In this document: positions 1-7,547 of the stretch, one piece after another
How the letters are laid out: each line of letters begins with the position of its first letter
How positions within the stretch are numbered: the first letter of the stretch is position 1
Origin: Pseudomonadota bacterium
GTDB taxonomy: Bacteria; Pseudomonadota; Alphaproteobacteria; Sphingomonadales; Sphingomonadaceae
NCBI GenBank assembly: GCA_023433445.1
Contig: JAEZCS010000058.1
Coordinates: 885-64,884, forward strand
Direction: 5' to 3'
DNA: 64,000 nucleotides
Program-made: the position numbers and the translations under genes
Notes under the pieces: generated by a model
What the model saw: the letters and a program-made list of their open reading frames with translations, nothing else
Database searches by the model: none
What the model was told of the DNA's origin: nothing

Positions 1-871
1 TGTCCAACTCGCCGTCCGGCATTTCTACCATATCTGCTTCCGCAGCGGCCCTCGCGATCCGACGATAGATGCCGCTGACGCCTTGGCGGGTCAGCGGCTT
101 TTCCCCAATTGTATAAGTTACCTGGGCCGGGGTCGCAGGGGAGCCCCGCATCCGCTGCTGCCAGTGCCGGGTATTGCCCGGAATGAGATGATAAGGCTGG
201 GGCGGTACAGCCCCCCGTGCACGGCGGCGATCAATGCCGACGCGGCGGAACAGCGGTCCATTCTCTATCCCGCTCAATTGGAGCCAGGCTTGCACCCGTC
301 GCATCGTTTCAGCCGATAGCCATGCCCAGCTTCCTTCCCCTTCCTGATCGGTCTTGGACTGCGCGATAAAGAGAAGGCCTGAGCCGTCTGTCTGGGGTTC
401 GACATGATCGACAGCCACGGCCGTCAGCTCGCTGACGCGCAGACCCGCATCATAGCCAACCGAGAGTAAGGCAGCATCCCGCAATCCTTGCGCGTCTCCG
501 CCGCATGCCGTCAGCATCGCGCTGATCGTAAATCCTTTCACATCGCCCAGTGCGCCACCAAAACGGAGGGGGGCAGCCTGTCTCTGGACCGCGCCTTTCC
601 GGCGCCGATGCGCTCGCAGCGCATTGCGCACCATGGCATGATCGGTAGGAAGCTGATCTTGGTTTCCCGCACCGACGAGCCGGTGTGCGCTGGCTATGCT
701 CGCCATCCGCCGTGATAAGGTCGCAGGTTTATGACCCCGATCTTCCAGCGCGCGAAGATAGCGCACCAGATCCTCTGGAAAGGCCGGAATAGCAGCGCGG
801 CCATGCTTCACGCACCAGTCTGAAAAACAGTCGAGATCGGAGGCGATGGCCGATTTGGTAGCATCGGCCAT
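1..871 (-). CDS. tyrosine recombinase / integrase, partial (3' end runs off the window)
   Basis: My reverse-strand translation is open from 871 down to base 1. It reads MADATKSAIASDLDCFSDWCVKHG..PEDLVRYLRALEDRGHKPATLSRRMASIASAHRLVG (SAM-like core-binding domain), then ..AALLSVGYDAGLRVSELTAV.. (first catalytic Arg box). It is absent from the ORF track because there is no stop inside the window. The first ATG is at 871; the frame stays open to about 1045, so an upstream TTG/GTG start is possible. Confidence 0.8.
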   Translation of the reverse strand, partial: MADATKSAIASDLDCFSDWCVKHGRAAIPAFPEDLVRYLRALEDRGHKPATLSRRMASIASAHRLVGAGNQDQLPTDHAMVRNALRAHRRRKGAVQRQAAPLRFGGALGDVKGFTISAMLTACGGDAQGLRDAALLSVGYDAGLRVSELTAVAVDHVEPQTDGSGLLFIAQSKTDQEGEGSWAWLSAETMRRVQAWLQLSGIENGPLFRRVGIDRRRARGAVPPQPYHLIPGNTRHWQQRMRGSPATPAQVTYTIGEKPLTRQGVSGIYRRIARAAAEADMVEMPDGELD

Positions 872-1198
872 TGCTTCGATGGCCGTTTCCACCCCGATCT
901 GGCTGACAGGCGGGAAGCCGACAGGGAGCAGGGTAGCGATCGTGCGGAGTAGCCGCTGATCAACGGGCTCAGCCGACTTCTTCGCTAGCCGCTGGGGGAG
1001 GGCCGATGCATCTCGACTATAGACAACAATCTCACCGCATTTTCCCTCGGGCAAATCGCAAATCCTCTTTCACCTTCGGGGCTGATCGCTCGTCGCTCGC
1101 CCAATATTGTTACCATAAGCATCGATTATGGAAAGTAGAGTTATAGTTCAAATTCAGAAGCCTAGTAATTTGATAATCACTGTCATACTTCTTTCCCT

Positions 1199-2275
1199 AT
1201 GACCGTCGCCACTGCTCTCATCCGCTATGCCCATGCGCTGGGTCGCTATAAAGCAGCATGGCGCTATGCCCGCGTTAAACTCAGGCAAGCCGCTCAAATC
1301 GCTATGGTTTTCGAGGCATGGGGCATATTCCGTCGGGATGCCGGGGCAGGAGAGACGGGCCCTGAGCATGATGGCGAGGCCATACCTACCCACACAGCCG
1401 ATCCGCGACGGGATGGGTTCCTGTTGTGGCTGGCGGACAATGGCCAACCGGCCATAGCCGACGCCGCCAACCTTATCGTCCATATACTTGGGGCGACTCG
1501 ACGGTTCGACACGCAAGCTCTGACATTGCTCGAGGCAGCGCGCAGGGCAGGGGAGAGTGAACCACGGTCACCCACCGCCCGCCTCCTTGCAACCTATACG
1601 TCCGACGATGACCTGCTTACCCCGCTTTGCACCCTGGCTTCCACAGTGGACCAATTGCGAGGCCACCCTGCCTTTCTCGAGGTGAGGGAGCGCGAGGTTC
1701 GGCATATCGCCAGTCATAGTTTCAGCCACCATGTTCCACCCAACCCTGGCGCTGCTTGGGCCCTCAATTTGATGATGCTGGCGCAAAGCGGCTTGCCCAC
1801 GTCCATGCCATGGCCGCCAGGCCTGGTGAACCGAGCCCTGTTTCATCCAGATTTCGAGCCGGAAGACATTGGCCTGATCCTGATCGACAATGCGACGGCG
1901 GCGCTGACTCGCGCCTATGGCATCATGGAAAGGCTGGAAGCGGAGCTTACCCGCGGCGAGGAGGCATTACGCCACCTCTCCCGCAACAGCCGCGCCCGCG
2001 AAGCCTGGCTTATCCTCGCGGCGACCAGAAGAATCACCAGAATACAGCTCGCGCGCGGACTAAACCTGTCTCGCGCCGGCGCAGATATTCAGGCCCATGC
2101 CCTGGCCAATGCCGGCCTTGCCACCCTTTCCCGGGGCGGGCACATTTCCTGGCGTGCCGCAATACCCATAGACCGGGCCGCCTCACGCTTGGGAAATGAG
2201 ATAGCCAGCCTTGCGATCGAGTTCGATGCAGCAACAGCGGAAATTGACCGGCTGCTTGCTCGCCAATCTGATTAG
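1199..2275 (+). CDS. hypothetical protein with C-terminal winged-HTH-like segment (possibly DUF1612 / RHE_PE00001-like)
   Basis: 358-aa ORF divergent from the integrase. The C-terminal segment ..SRNSRAREAWLILAATRRITRIQLARGLNLSRAGADIQAHALANAGLATL.. looks like a wHTH. The family assignment is from memory only. Confidence 0.5.
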   Translation: MTVATALIRYAHALGRYKAAWRYARVKLRQAAQIAMVFEAWGIFRRDAGAGETGPEHDGEAIPTHTADPRRDGFLLWLADNGQPAIADAANLIVHILGATRRFDTQALTLLEAARRAGESEPRSPTARLLATYTSDDDLLTPLCTLASTVDQLRGHPAFLEVREREVRHIASHSFSHHVPPNPGAAWALNLMMLAQSGLPTSMPWPPGLVNRALFHPDFEPEDIGLILIDNATAALTRAYGIMERLEAELTRGEEALRHLSRNSRAREAWLILAATRRITRIQLARGLNLSRAGADIQAHALANAGLATLSRGGHISWRAAIPIDRAASRLGNEIASLAIEFDAATAEIDRLLARQSD

Positions 2276-2294
2276 GCTCCCACCACCGCTTAGA

Positions 2295-2322
2295 AGATAC
2301 TATAGGATATCGGATAGCTACC
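2295..2322. repeat. AT-rich composite motif, copy A (AGATACTATAGGATATCGGATAGCTACC)
   Basis: Read directly from the sequence. It shares the AGATACTATA + GGATATC + GATAGCTAYC architecture with copies at 32.3, 33.4, 36.6, 39.4, 48.2 and 49.9 kb. Confidence 0.6.
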
Positions 2323-2366
2323 AGTCATAAACTTCTCTATGCGGCTGTGAGGTAAGGCCCCCTAGC

Positions 2367-2582
2367 TCAAAGGCGACGAGCAGCATCCCTGCCCTGGTGC
2401 AGAATACGGATAATCGCGACGCCGTAATCGGTCTGCTGAGAATAGATCATGGTGCTCAGTCCTTTCTGATGCCGCGGCAAGTCATTGCACCTGATCGATA
2501 CACTGCGTCCTGACCCGTCCTGCAAATGCCTCTGATGGATAAACGAAAAGTTGGGCGGTATTCGGCGATGGGGAAGTGAGCG
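2367..2582 (-). pseudogene. ParE/RelE-family toxin remnant (C-terminal part only)
   Basis: Hand translation of the minus strand gives ..SGRSVSIRCNDLPRHQKGLSTMIYSQQTDYGVAIIRILHQGRDAARRL*. This resembles the C-terminal half of ParE toxins (..G.P...L..G.R....GSH.vFY.....v.IiRvLHQ.m..). The frame is open for only 71 codons, has no plausible full-length start and has no cognate antitoxin upstream. Confidence 0.35.
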
Positions 2583-2649
2583 TCATGGTTGAATATCGTG
2601 GCAATTTTTGCCATATTTGGATGATTGGAGGTACCAGCCAGTGGCTACC

Positions 2650-2922
2650 ATGAATGTTTCCCTGCCCGATCCCCTGCGGGACTATGTGCAAAACCGTATC
2701 GACAGCGGCCAATATGCCAGCGTCAGCGATTATGTGCGCGATCTGATCCGCCGCGATCAAAGCGCGATCGTTGACGAAGAACGCTGGCTGAAGGAACTCG
2801 ACGCCTCGATTGACGAAAGCCTTCAGGAGATGCGGGCCGGTGGCGGCCATGATCTCGATGAAGTGTGCGACGCGATCATTGCTGACATCGAGAGAACTGC
2901 GAGCGGTGAAGCGCCTCAATGA
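2650..2922 (+). CDS. parD: ParD-family antitoxin (RHH, type II TA)
   Basis: MNVSLPDPLRDYVQNRIDSGQYASVSDYVRDLIRRDQ is the classic ParD/COG3609 N-terminus. I prefer the ATG at 2650 over the track start at 2608. There is a 4-nt overlap with the downstream toxin gene. Confidence 0.85.
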   Translation: MNVSLPDPLRDYVQNRIDSGQYASVSDYVRDLIRRDQSAIVDEERWLKELDASIDESLQEMRAGGGHDLDEVCDAIIADIERTASGEAPQ

Positions 2923-3215
2923 AGGTTGCGCTGTCCACCCCGGCCAAGCGCGACTTCGAAGGTATCCGAAGACATATCGAGAAAGGCAACCCCGTCCGCG
3001 CAATCTCGTTTGTTGAGGAACTGCGCGATGTCGCAAGGCGCATAGGCGACATGTCACGCGCCTTTCCGCTGATCCCGCGCTACGAACAGCACGGAATCAG
3101 GCGGCGCTCCTACAACGGCTATGGCATCCTCTATTCGGTGCAGCCTGATCGCGTGTTCGTGCATCGCATCATCGGCCCCGGTCAGGATCACGACCGCGCC
3201 TTGCGGCTGAATTGA
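2919..3215 (+). CDS. parE: ParE/RelE-family toxin
   Basis: 98 aa with ..AKRDFEGIRRHIEKGNPVRAISFVEELRDVARRIGDMSRAFPLIP..GIRRRSYNGYGILYSVQPDRVFVHRIIGPGQD. Size, motifs and ATGA coupling to parD are all typical. Confidence 0.85.
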   Translation: MKVALSTPAKRDFEGIRRHIEKGNPVRAISFVEELRDVARRIGDMSRAFPLIPRYEQHGIRRRSYNGYGILYSVQPDRVFVHRIIGPGQDHDRALRLN

Positions 3216-3313
3216 AGGCGGGGCCGGTGAGGGCCGTACTCATCCGGCATGGGGAAAACACGGCCAACACCGGGCTTGCCAGCGCCAATGCGGCGTCTCG
3301 CAAGCTACGTCTA

Positions 3314-4477
3314 TCAGGCTGCACGCGATGCAAAGTAGCCCTTGAAATAGGCCGGTTTACGCCTGTCCTTGTCACGATAGAGCGCTGCATCAGCACGGCG
3401 CACCAGATCTGCTATCCCTTCACCGGGCAGCACGGCAGCGCTGCCCATGCTGGCAGAAACCCGAGCACCACCGGCCGCCTTTCGGATCACAGACGACATT
3501 TCAATCGCTTGGCGGAGGGACGCCTTGAGCGATTCAGACTCATGGAGGTCGCAGCCGCGTAGCAGGATTGCGAACTCATCTCCGCCAAGGCGCCAAAACA
3601 TGTCTGGATCGCGCAATTGTTGGCGGACCACCTGAGCAAAGGTCTTCAGCAAGGTGTCGCCCGCCTGATGGCCGAGCCGGTCATTCACCTTCTTAAACTC
3701 ATCAAGATCAAGGAGAAGCAGCGCAGTCGGAACGCCATCTTCCGTCGCGGGAACGACCCTGCGCATCGTGGCGTCAAACGCTCTTCGGCTGCCGATGCCC
3801 GTCAGGAAGTCGGTGTTGGCCGCGCGCCTTTCCTTAAGGCCCCTTCGCTCCGCGATGGTCCCCACGATGAGCGTCGCCATCGCTGCGGCAAAGAGAACGA
3901 TCTCAAGGGCGATCGCAGCGCCCCATGCGCTCTCAACATCCTCGGTCGCTGCGTTGATCAGGCCGAGCGTGGGCCCGAATGCCGCCCTGATCAGGTAAAA
4001 GAGCGCGTGAGCGGCGCATAGGCCAGCAGCAATCAACCGATTGCGCTCTTCCTTTGTCGCACCATGGACAAGTTCGAATGCAGCCGCGGCAGAATAGCCG
4101 CAGACCAGAATGGAGCAGACCACGACACGGCTTGCAAAACCAAGTTCGAACAGCCCGCAAAGCAGGGGCCATATCGCGAATGCAACGATCAGCGGCCAGA
4201 CAAGCGGCTTGCGTCCGGCAAGGGAGCGTGCACCTGCATGACAACAGCCATAGGCCGACAAAAACAATGTGTTGGCGACGAGAAGCTGAAGACTACCCGG
4301 TCCTGCAGGCGCCAGAACGAGAAGCAGAAACCCGGAAGCCCCGAGCAGGAAACTTGCAATCCACCACAGCCCCGCCCGATCCTCACCTGACCGCCGGACC
4401 ACAACCGCGAGCACCATCCCAAACAGAAACAGCGTCAGGAATGCGGTTGTTAAAAGCGTAGCTGGATCGAATTTCAT
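3314..4477 (-). CDS. membrane-anchored diguanylate cyclase (GGDEF domain)
   Basis: The N-terminal ~190 aa are hydrophobic (about 6 TM segments). The C-terminal part reads DFLTGIGSRRAFD..LLLLDLDEFKKVNDRLGHQAGD..RLGGDEFAILL, with a GGDEF active site. Confidence 0.85.
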   Translation of the reverse strand: MKFDPATLLTTAFLTLFLFGMVLAVVVRRSGEDRAGLWWIASFLLGASGFLLLVLAPAGPGSLQLLVANTLFLSAYGCCHAGARSLAGRKPLVWPLIVAFAIWPLLCGLFELGFASRVVVCSILVCGYSAAAAFELVHGATKEERNRLIAAGLCAAHALFYLIRAAFGPTLGLINAATEDVESAWGAAIALEIVLFAAAMATLIVGTIAERRGLKERRAANTDFLTGIGSRRAFDATMRRVVPATEDGVPTALLLLDLDEFKKVNDRLGHQAGDTLLKTFAQVVRQQLRDPDMFWRLGGDEFAILLRGCDLHESESLKASLRQAIEMSSVIRKAAGGARVSASMGSAAVLPGEGIADLVRRADAALYRDKDRRKPAYFKGYFASRAA

Positions 4478-4573
4478 ACTGCGGTGCCTAGTGAAGGCGC
4501 CGAGTAGCGGTTCGGTCTTAACAGAGGCCTAAACGCCTAAATTGGCGTAGCAGTCCAGCCTTAGCCCAGGCAC

Positions 4574-5269
4574 CTATGGAAATGCCTTCTTCTCATATAC
4601 TTCCGCGATCTCCACCCCATCCCAACGGTAGGTCAGGTGCCGCTCTTGCCGGCAATCGGAAAGGAGACGAGGCCGAAAGATGGCGACGCATGTGCCACCG
4701 GGATCACGCACACTATCGTAGATGATCCCATCCGACCCATTAGCGCGTAGCCTGCGGGCAAAGGCTTGGCTCGCTCCATAATCATCTTTCGCGTAGAGCC
4801 CTGGCCGGGAGCCTTGCAGCTTGCGAATGTCGTGGAGGTCAGCCTTGGCCTTCGCAACATAGACCCGCATATCGACATCGATCGGGGCTTCCCTGGTGCG
4901 GGCCAGGAAGATCTCGCGGTGATGCTTGGTTTCGGCCACGGCCGTCTCAATTTCGAAGCTGGCATAATAGGAACCGAAGCTGTGATCGGTAAAGCGGCCG
5001 CCTTCCGGATTGAGATGGGTGAAGGCAGCCATGATGGGGGTGGAGCCTGGGCCAGTGACGCGATCCGTGAGCGGGACCAGTCTGATGTTCCCGGCTTCAT
5101 CCTCCAACCGGTCATTGGTCATCGCCTCAATGGCGAAAACTGCCTCCAAATCCTCGGGCCGGGCGACGCGATCGAAGACGCTGACCGGCGGAAAGATGGA
5201 GGGGACGATCCGGTAGACACGCCTATCTGTGGCCGTCACTGGCGGCGTGAAATCGCTGGCGTTGATCAT
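4574..5269 (-). CDS. RES-domain toxin (NAD+ phosphorylase family)
   Basis: Arg in EGGRFTD, Glu in IETAVAETKHH and Ser in IIYDSVRDPGG make up the RES signature. The start is chosen at MINASDF (5269), which overlaps the stop of the upstream antitoxin; the track ORF extends to 5323. Confidence 0.85.
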   Translation of the reverse strand: MINASDFTPPVTATDRRVYRIVPSIFPPVSVFDRVARPEDLEAVFAIEAMTNDRLEDEAGNIRLVPLTDRVTGPGSTPIMAAFTHLNPEGGRFTDHSFGSYYASFEIETAVAETKHHREIFLARTREAPIDVDMRVYVAKAKADLHDIRKLQGSRPGLYAKDDYGASQAFARRLRANGSDGIIYDSVRDPGGTCVAIFRPRLLSDCRQERHLTYRWDGVEIAEVYEKKAFP

Positions 5270-5270
5270 G

Positions 5271-5696
5271 TCAGCCTCGCTGGGCGTCCAAATACTGGCG
5301 GACGAGGAAGAGGTCCGAAACATTGCCTCGGGTCATCCGCTCAAGCGCGGTCCCGCCGCCCAGCAGGGGCGCATCGTTAGGCGCGCGCAACCAGGCATCA
5401 GCCCGTTCGCGGTCGGGAAGGAGGATGTTGATTGCCTTGAAGATGCCGAAAATATAGCTGATCCGCTCGAGCGTGTCCCTTGCAAGCCTGGAGACCTTCC
5501 CCGCCTTCCAGCTATGGAGAGTGGATCGACTGGAAAGACCAAGAAGGCTCATCTGCTCAGCCTCGCTCAGATGCCAGGCATCAGCGATGTTGAAGAAGGT
5601 ACGTAACGCAGGACCGCTAAGATCGGCAGTATCCGTGCTGGGTTCCGCCTTGGGCTTCCGGGCAGGCATATACGCTCCGCATTTAACGATGCTCAT
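5271..5696 (-). CDS. Xre/MbcA/ParS-type antitoxin (DUF2384) of the RES toxin
   Basis: The C-terminus ..DRERADAWLRAPNDAPLLGGGTALERMTRGNVSDLFLVRQYLDAQRG is typical of DUF2384 antitoxins. It sits immediately upstream of, and overlaps, the RES gene. An alternative ATG lies at 5669. Confidence 0.8.
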   Translation of the reverse strand: MSIVKCGAYMPARKPKAEPSTDTADLSGPALRTFFNIADAWHLSEAEQMSLLGLSSRSTLHSWKAGKVSRLARDTLERISYIFGIFKAINILLPDRERADAWLRAPNDAPLLGGGTALERMTRGNVSDLFLVRQYLDAQRG

Positions 5697-5765
5697 GATA
5701 TAAACATAATTCTATAATTGTCTAGATGCTGTCACGAATGCCTATTGGAGAGGGTGCGAATTTGA

Positions 5766-6824
5766 AGCCGCCGCACAGCACAACATGATCGGTCGCACTA
5801 TCTCGACCTGGAATCGGAGGCCGACAGGGCTAAGCTGGCCGAACCGGAACTCTACCTGACCGCCCATGAAGACAAACTCGTCATTCTCGATGAGGTGCAT
5901 CGGGTGCCGGAGCTTTTTCAACTTCTGCGCGGCCTGATCGACCGCGGGCGGCGCAAGGGACTGCGAGCCGGACGATTTCTGCTGCTGGGTTCCGCGTCCA
6001 TGGACCTGCTGGCGCAGTCAGGCGAGAGTTTGGCCGGACGCATTAGTTATCTGGAAATGGGGCCGTTGGACGCACTCGAAATAGCGGAACAGGATATCGA
6101 ACGGCTTTGGAGCAGGGGCGGGTTTCCCGACAGCTATCTGGCCGGATCAGACAGATCGAGCCAGCGTTGGCGGCAGGATTTCATCAAAACCTATCTCGAA
6201 CGGGACATTCCGATGATGGGGCCGCGTATCCCGGCCGAAACGTTACGCCGCTTCTGGACCATGCTGGCTCACCATCAATCCGGCCTTCTCAATGCTTCGG
6301 ACTTCGCCCGCAGCCTTGGCGTCACTTCCCAGACGGTCGCCAATTATCTCGACCTTCTGGTTGATCTGCTGCTCGTCCGCCGACTTGCGCCATGGCACAG
6401 CAACGGCGCCAAGCGCCTGGTCAAGTCACCCCGTATCTATGTCCGGGACAGCGGGCTGGTTCATACATTGCTCGGCCTGCCGGATCGGGAGGCGGTCCTT
6501 GGTCATCCCATTGCAGGCGCAAGCTGGGCAGGTTTCGTCATTGAAAGCCTGGTGGCGGCAAAAGCAGAAGGGACAGAAGCCTATTTTTATCGGACATCCG
6601 CCGGCGCGGAAATCGACCTTCTGCTCCAGCGCCCCGATGGCCGCCTATGGGTGTTCGAGATCAAGCGCAGCCTTTCCCCCAAGGTTGAACGCGGCTTCCA
6701 TTCGGCTTGCGAAGATTTGAAGCCTGATCGTCGCATCCTGGTTTACCCTGGATCGGAAACTTTCCCGTTAGGAAATGGCATCGAGGTGATGTCACTATCG
6801 ACCGCCGTCCGCGCCATTCGTTAG
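5766..6824 (+). pseudogene. 5'-truncated AAA+ ATPase, DUF4143 family (COG1373-like)
   Basis: The track ORF 5895..6824 starts at a GTG inside the Walker B box. The in-frame upstream reading ..YLDLESEADRAKLAEPELYLTAHEDKLVILDEVHRVPELF continues back to a stop at 5763-5765. The Walker A part expected in ~400-aa relatives is missing. The C-terminal part (..FFYRTSAGAEIDLLL..VFEIKRS) is the DUF4143 region. Confidence 0.6.
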
Positions 6825-6840
6825 CCCATATCAGGCGGGC

Positions 6841-7536
6841 CTATCTTCCCACCTCAATCGTGCAGCGCACCGTCTTCTCCCCCTTGGCAGCAGCGTCCCG
6901 GCATTTCTCAATCGCCTTTCGGTTGTTATCGATCAGGGTGACGGCGGCGGCGATCTCATTCCAGCTCTGCGGCGAGGCACTGATCATCAAATGCCTGCCC
7001 GCTTCCCAGACCGTGCCTGTACCAAGCAAACGCACGGCCATGCGCTCCGGCCAGTGCCAGCTCGTCGGCATCATCCGCGCCATTGGTCCTGCCAGGACGG
7101 CGTAGAGCAGCAGACCCAAAAGCAACCCACCACCGCCTACGAGCCACAGCCACCGCTTCTGCTCATTGGCGTTGCGCACCGACGCTGTCAGCCTGCGCAA
7201 GTCGCTGATCGCACCATCCAACGCGGACTTCGACGCCTGTGCTTCCCCCCGCACCGCATTTACCGCTTGTGCGACAGAGGCGCTCAGCCGGCTTCCCATG
7301 GTTTCCGGCGTTATCGCCATGGCGGGGCTTGTGCGAATGGCGTTGGATTGTTGCACCAACAGGCCCAGCACCTTCTCCGTGCGGGCCAGCGTTGGCTCAT
7401 AGTCGGGAATGTCGATGGCCTCGCGTGCGGCCGTCAGCCCCTCCACGGCACGGCGGAGCAGCGCCACCTCGCCGCGCAGTTGCTCGAACGCCGCAACCGG
7501 ATCGTCCTGCTCGACGTCGCGATACTGATCGACCAT
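6841..7536 (-). CDS. hypothetical coiled-coil / single-TM protein downstream of traA (DUF6118-like)
   Basis: 231 aa with an N-terminal coiled-coil (..FEQLRGEVALLRRAVEGL..) and a TM segment WLWLVGGGGLLLGLLLYAVL. It is co-directional with traA and lies 11 nt downstream of it. The family name is from memory. Confidence 0.55.
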   Translation of the reverse strand: MVDQYRDVEQDDPVAAFEQLRGEVALLRRAVEGLTAAREAIDIPDYEPTLARTEKVLGLLVQQSNAIRTSPAMAITPETMGSRLSASVAQAVNAVRGEAQASKSALDGAISDLRRLTASVRNANEQKRWLWLVGGGGLLLGLLLYAVLAGPMARMMPTSWHWPERMAVRLLGTGTVWEAGRHLMISASPQSWNEIAAAVTLIDNNRKAIEKCRDAAAKGEKTVRCTIEVGR

Positions 7537-7547
7537 CTATCCTCCTG

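Noticed and set aside
2482-3057. 191-aa minus-strand ORF
   Set aside because: It is antisense to the well-supported parD/parE pair. Only its extreme 3' part lies near the ParE-remnant region, and in a different frame.
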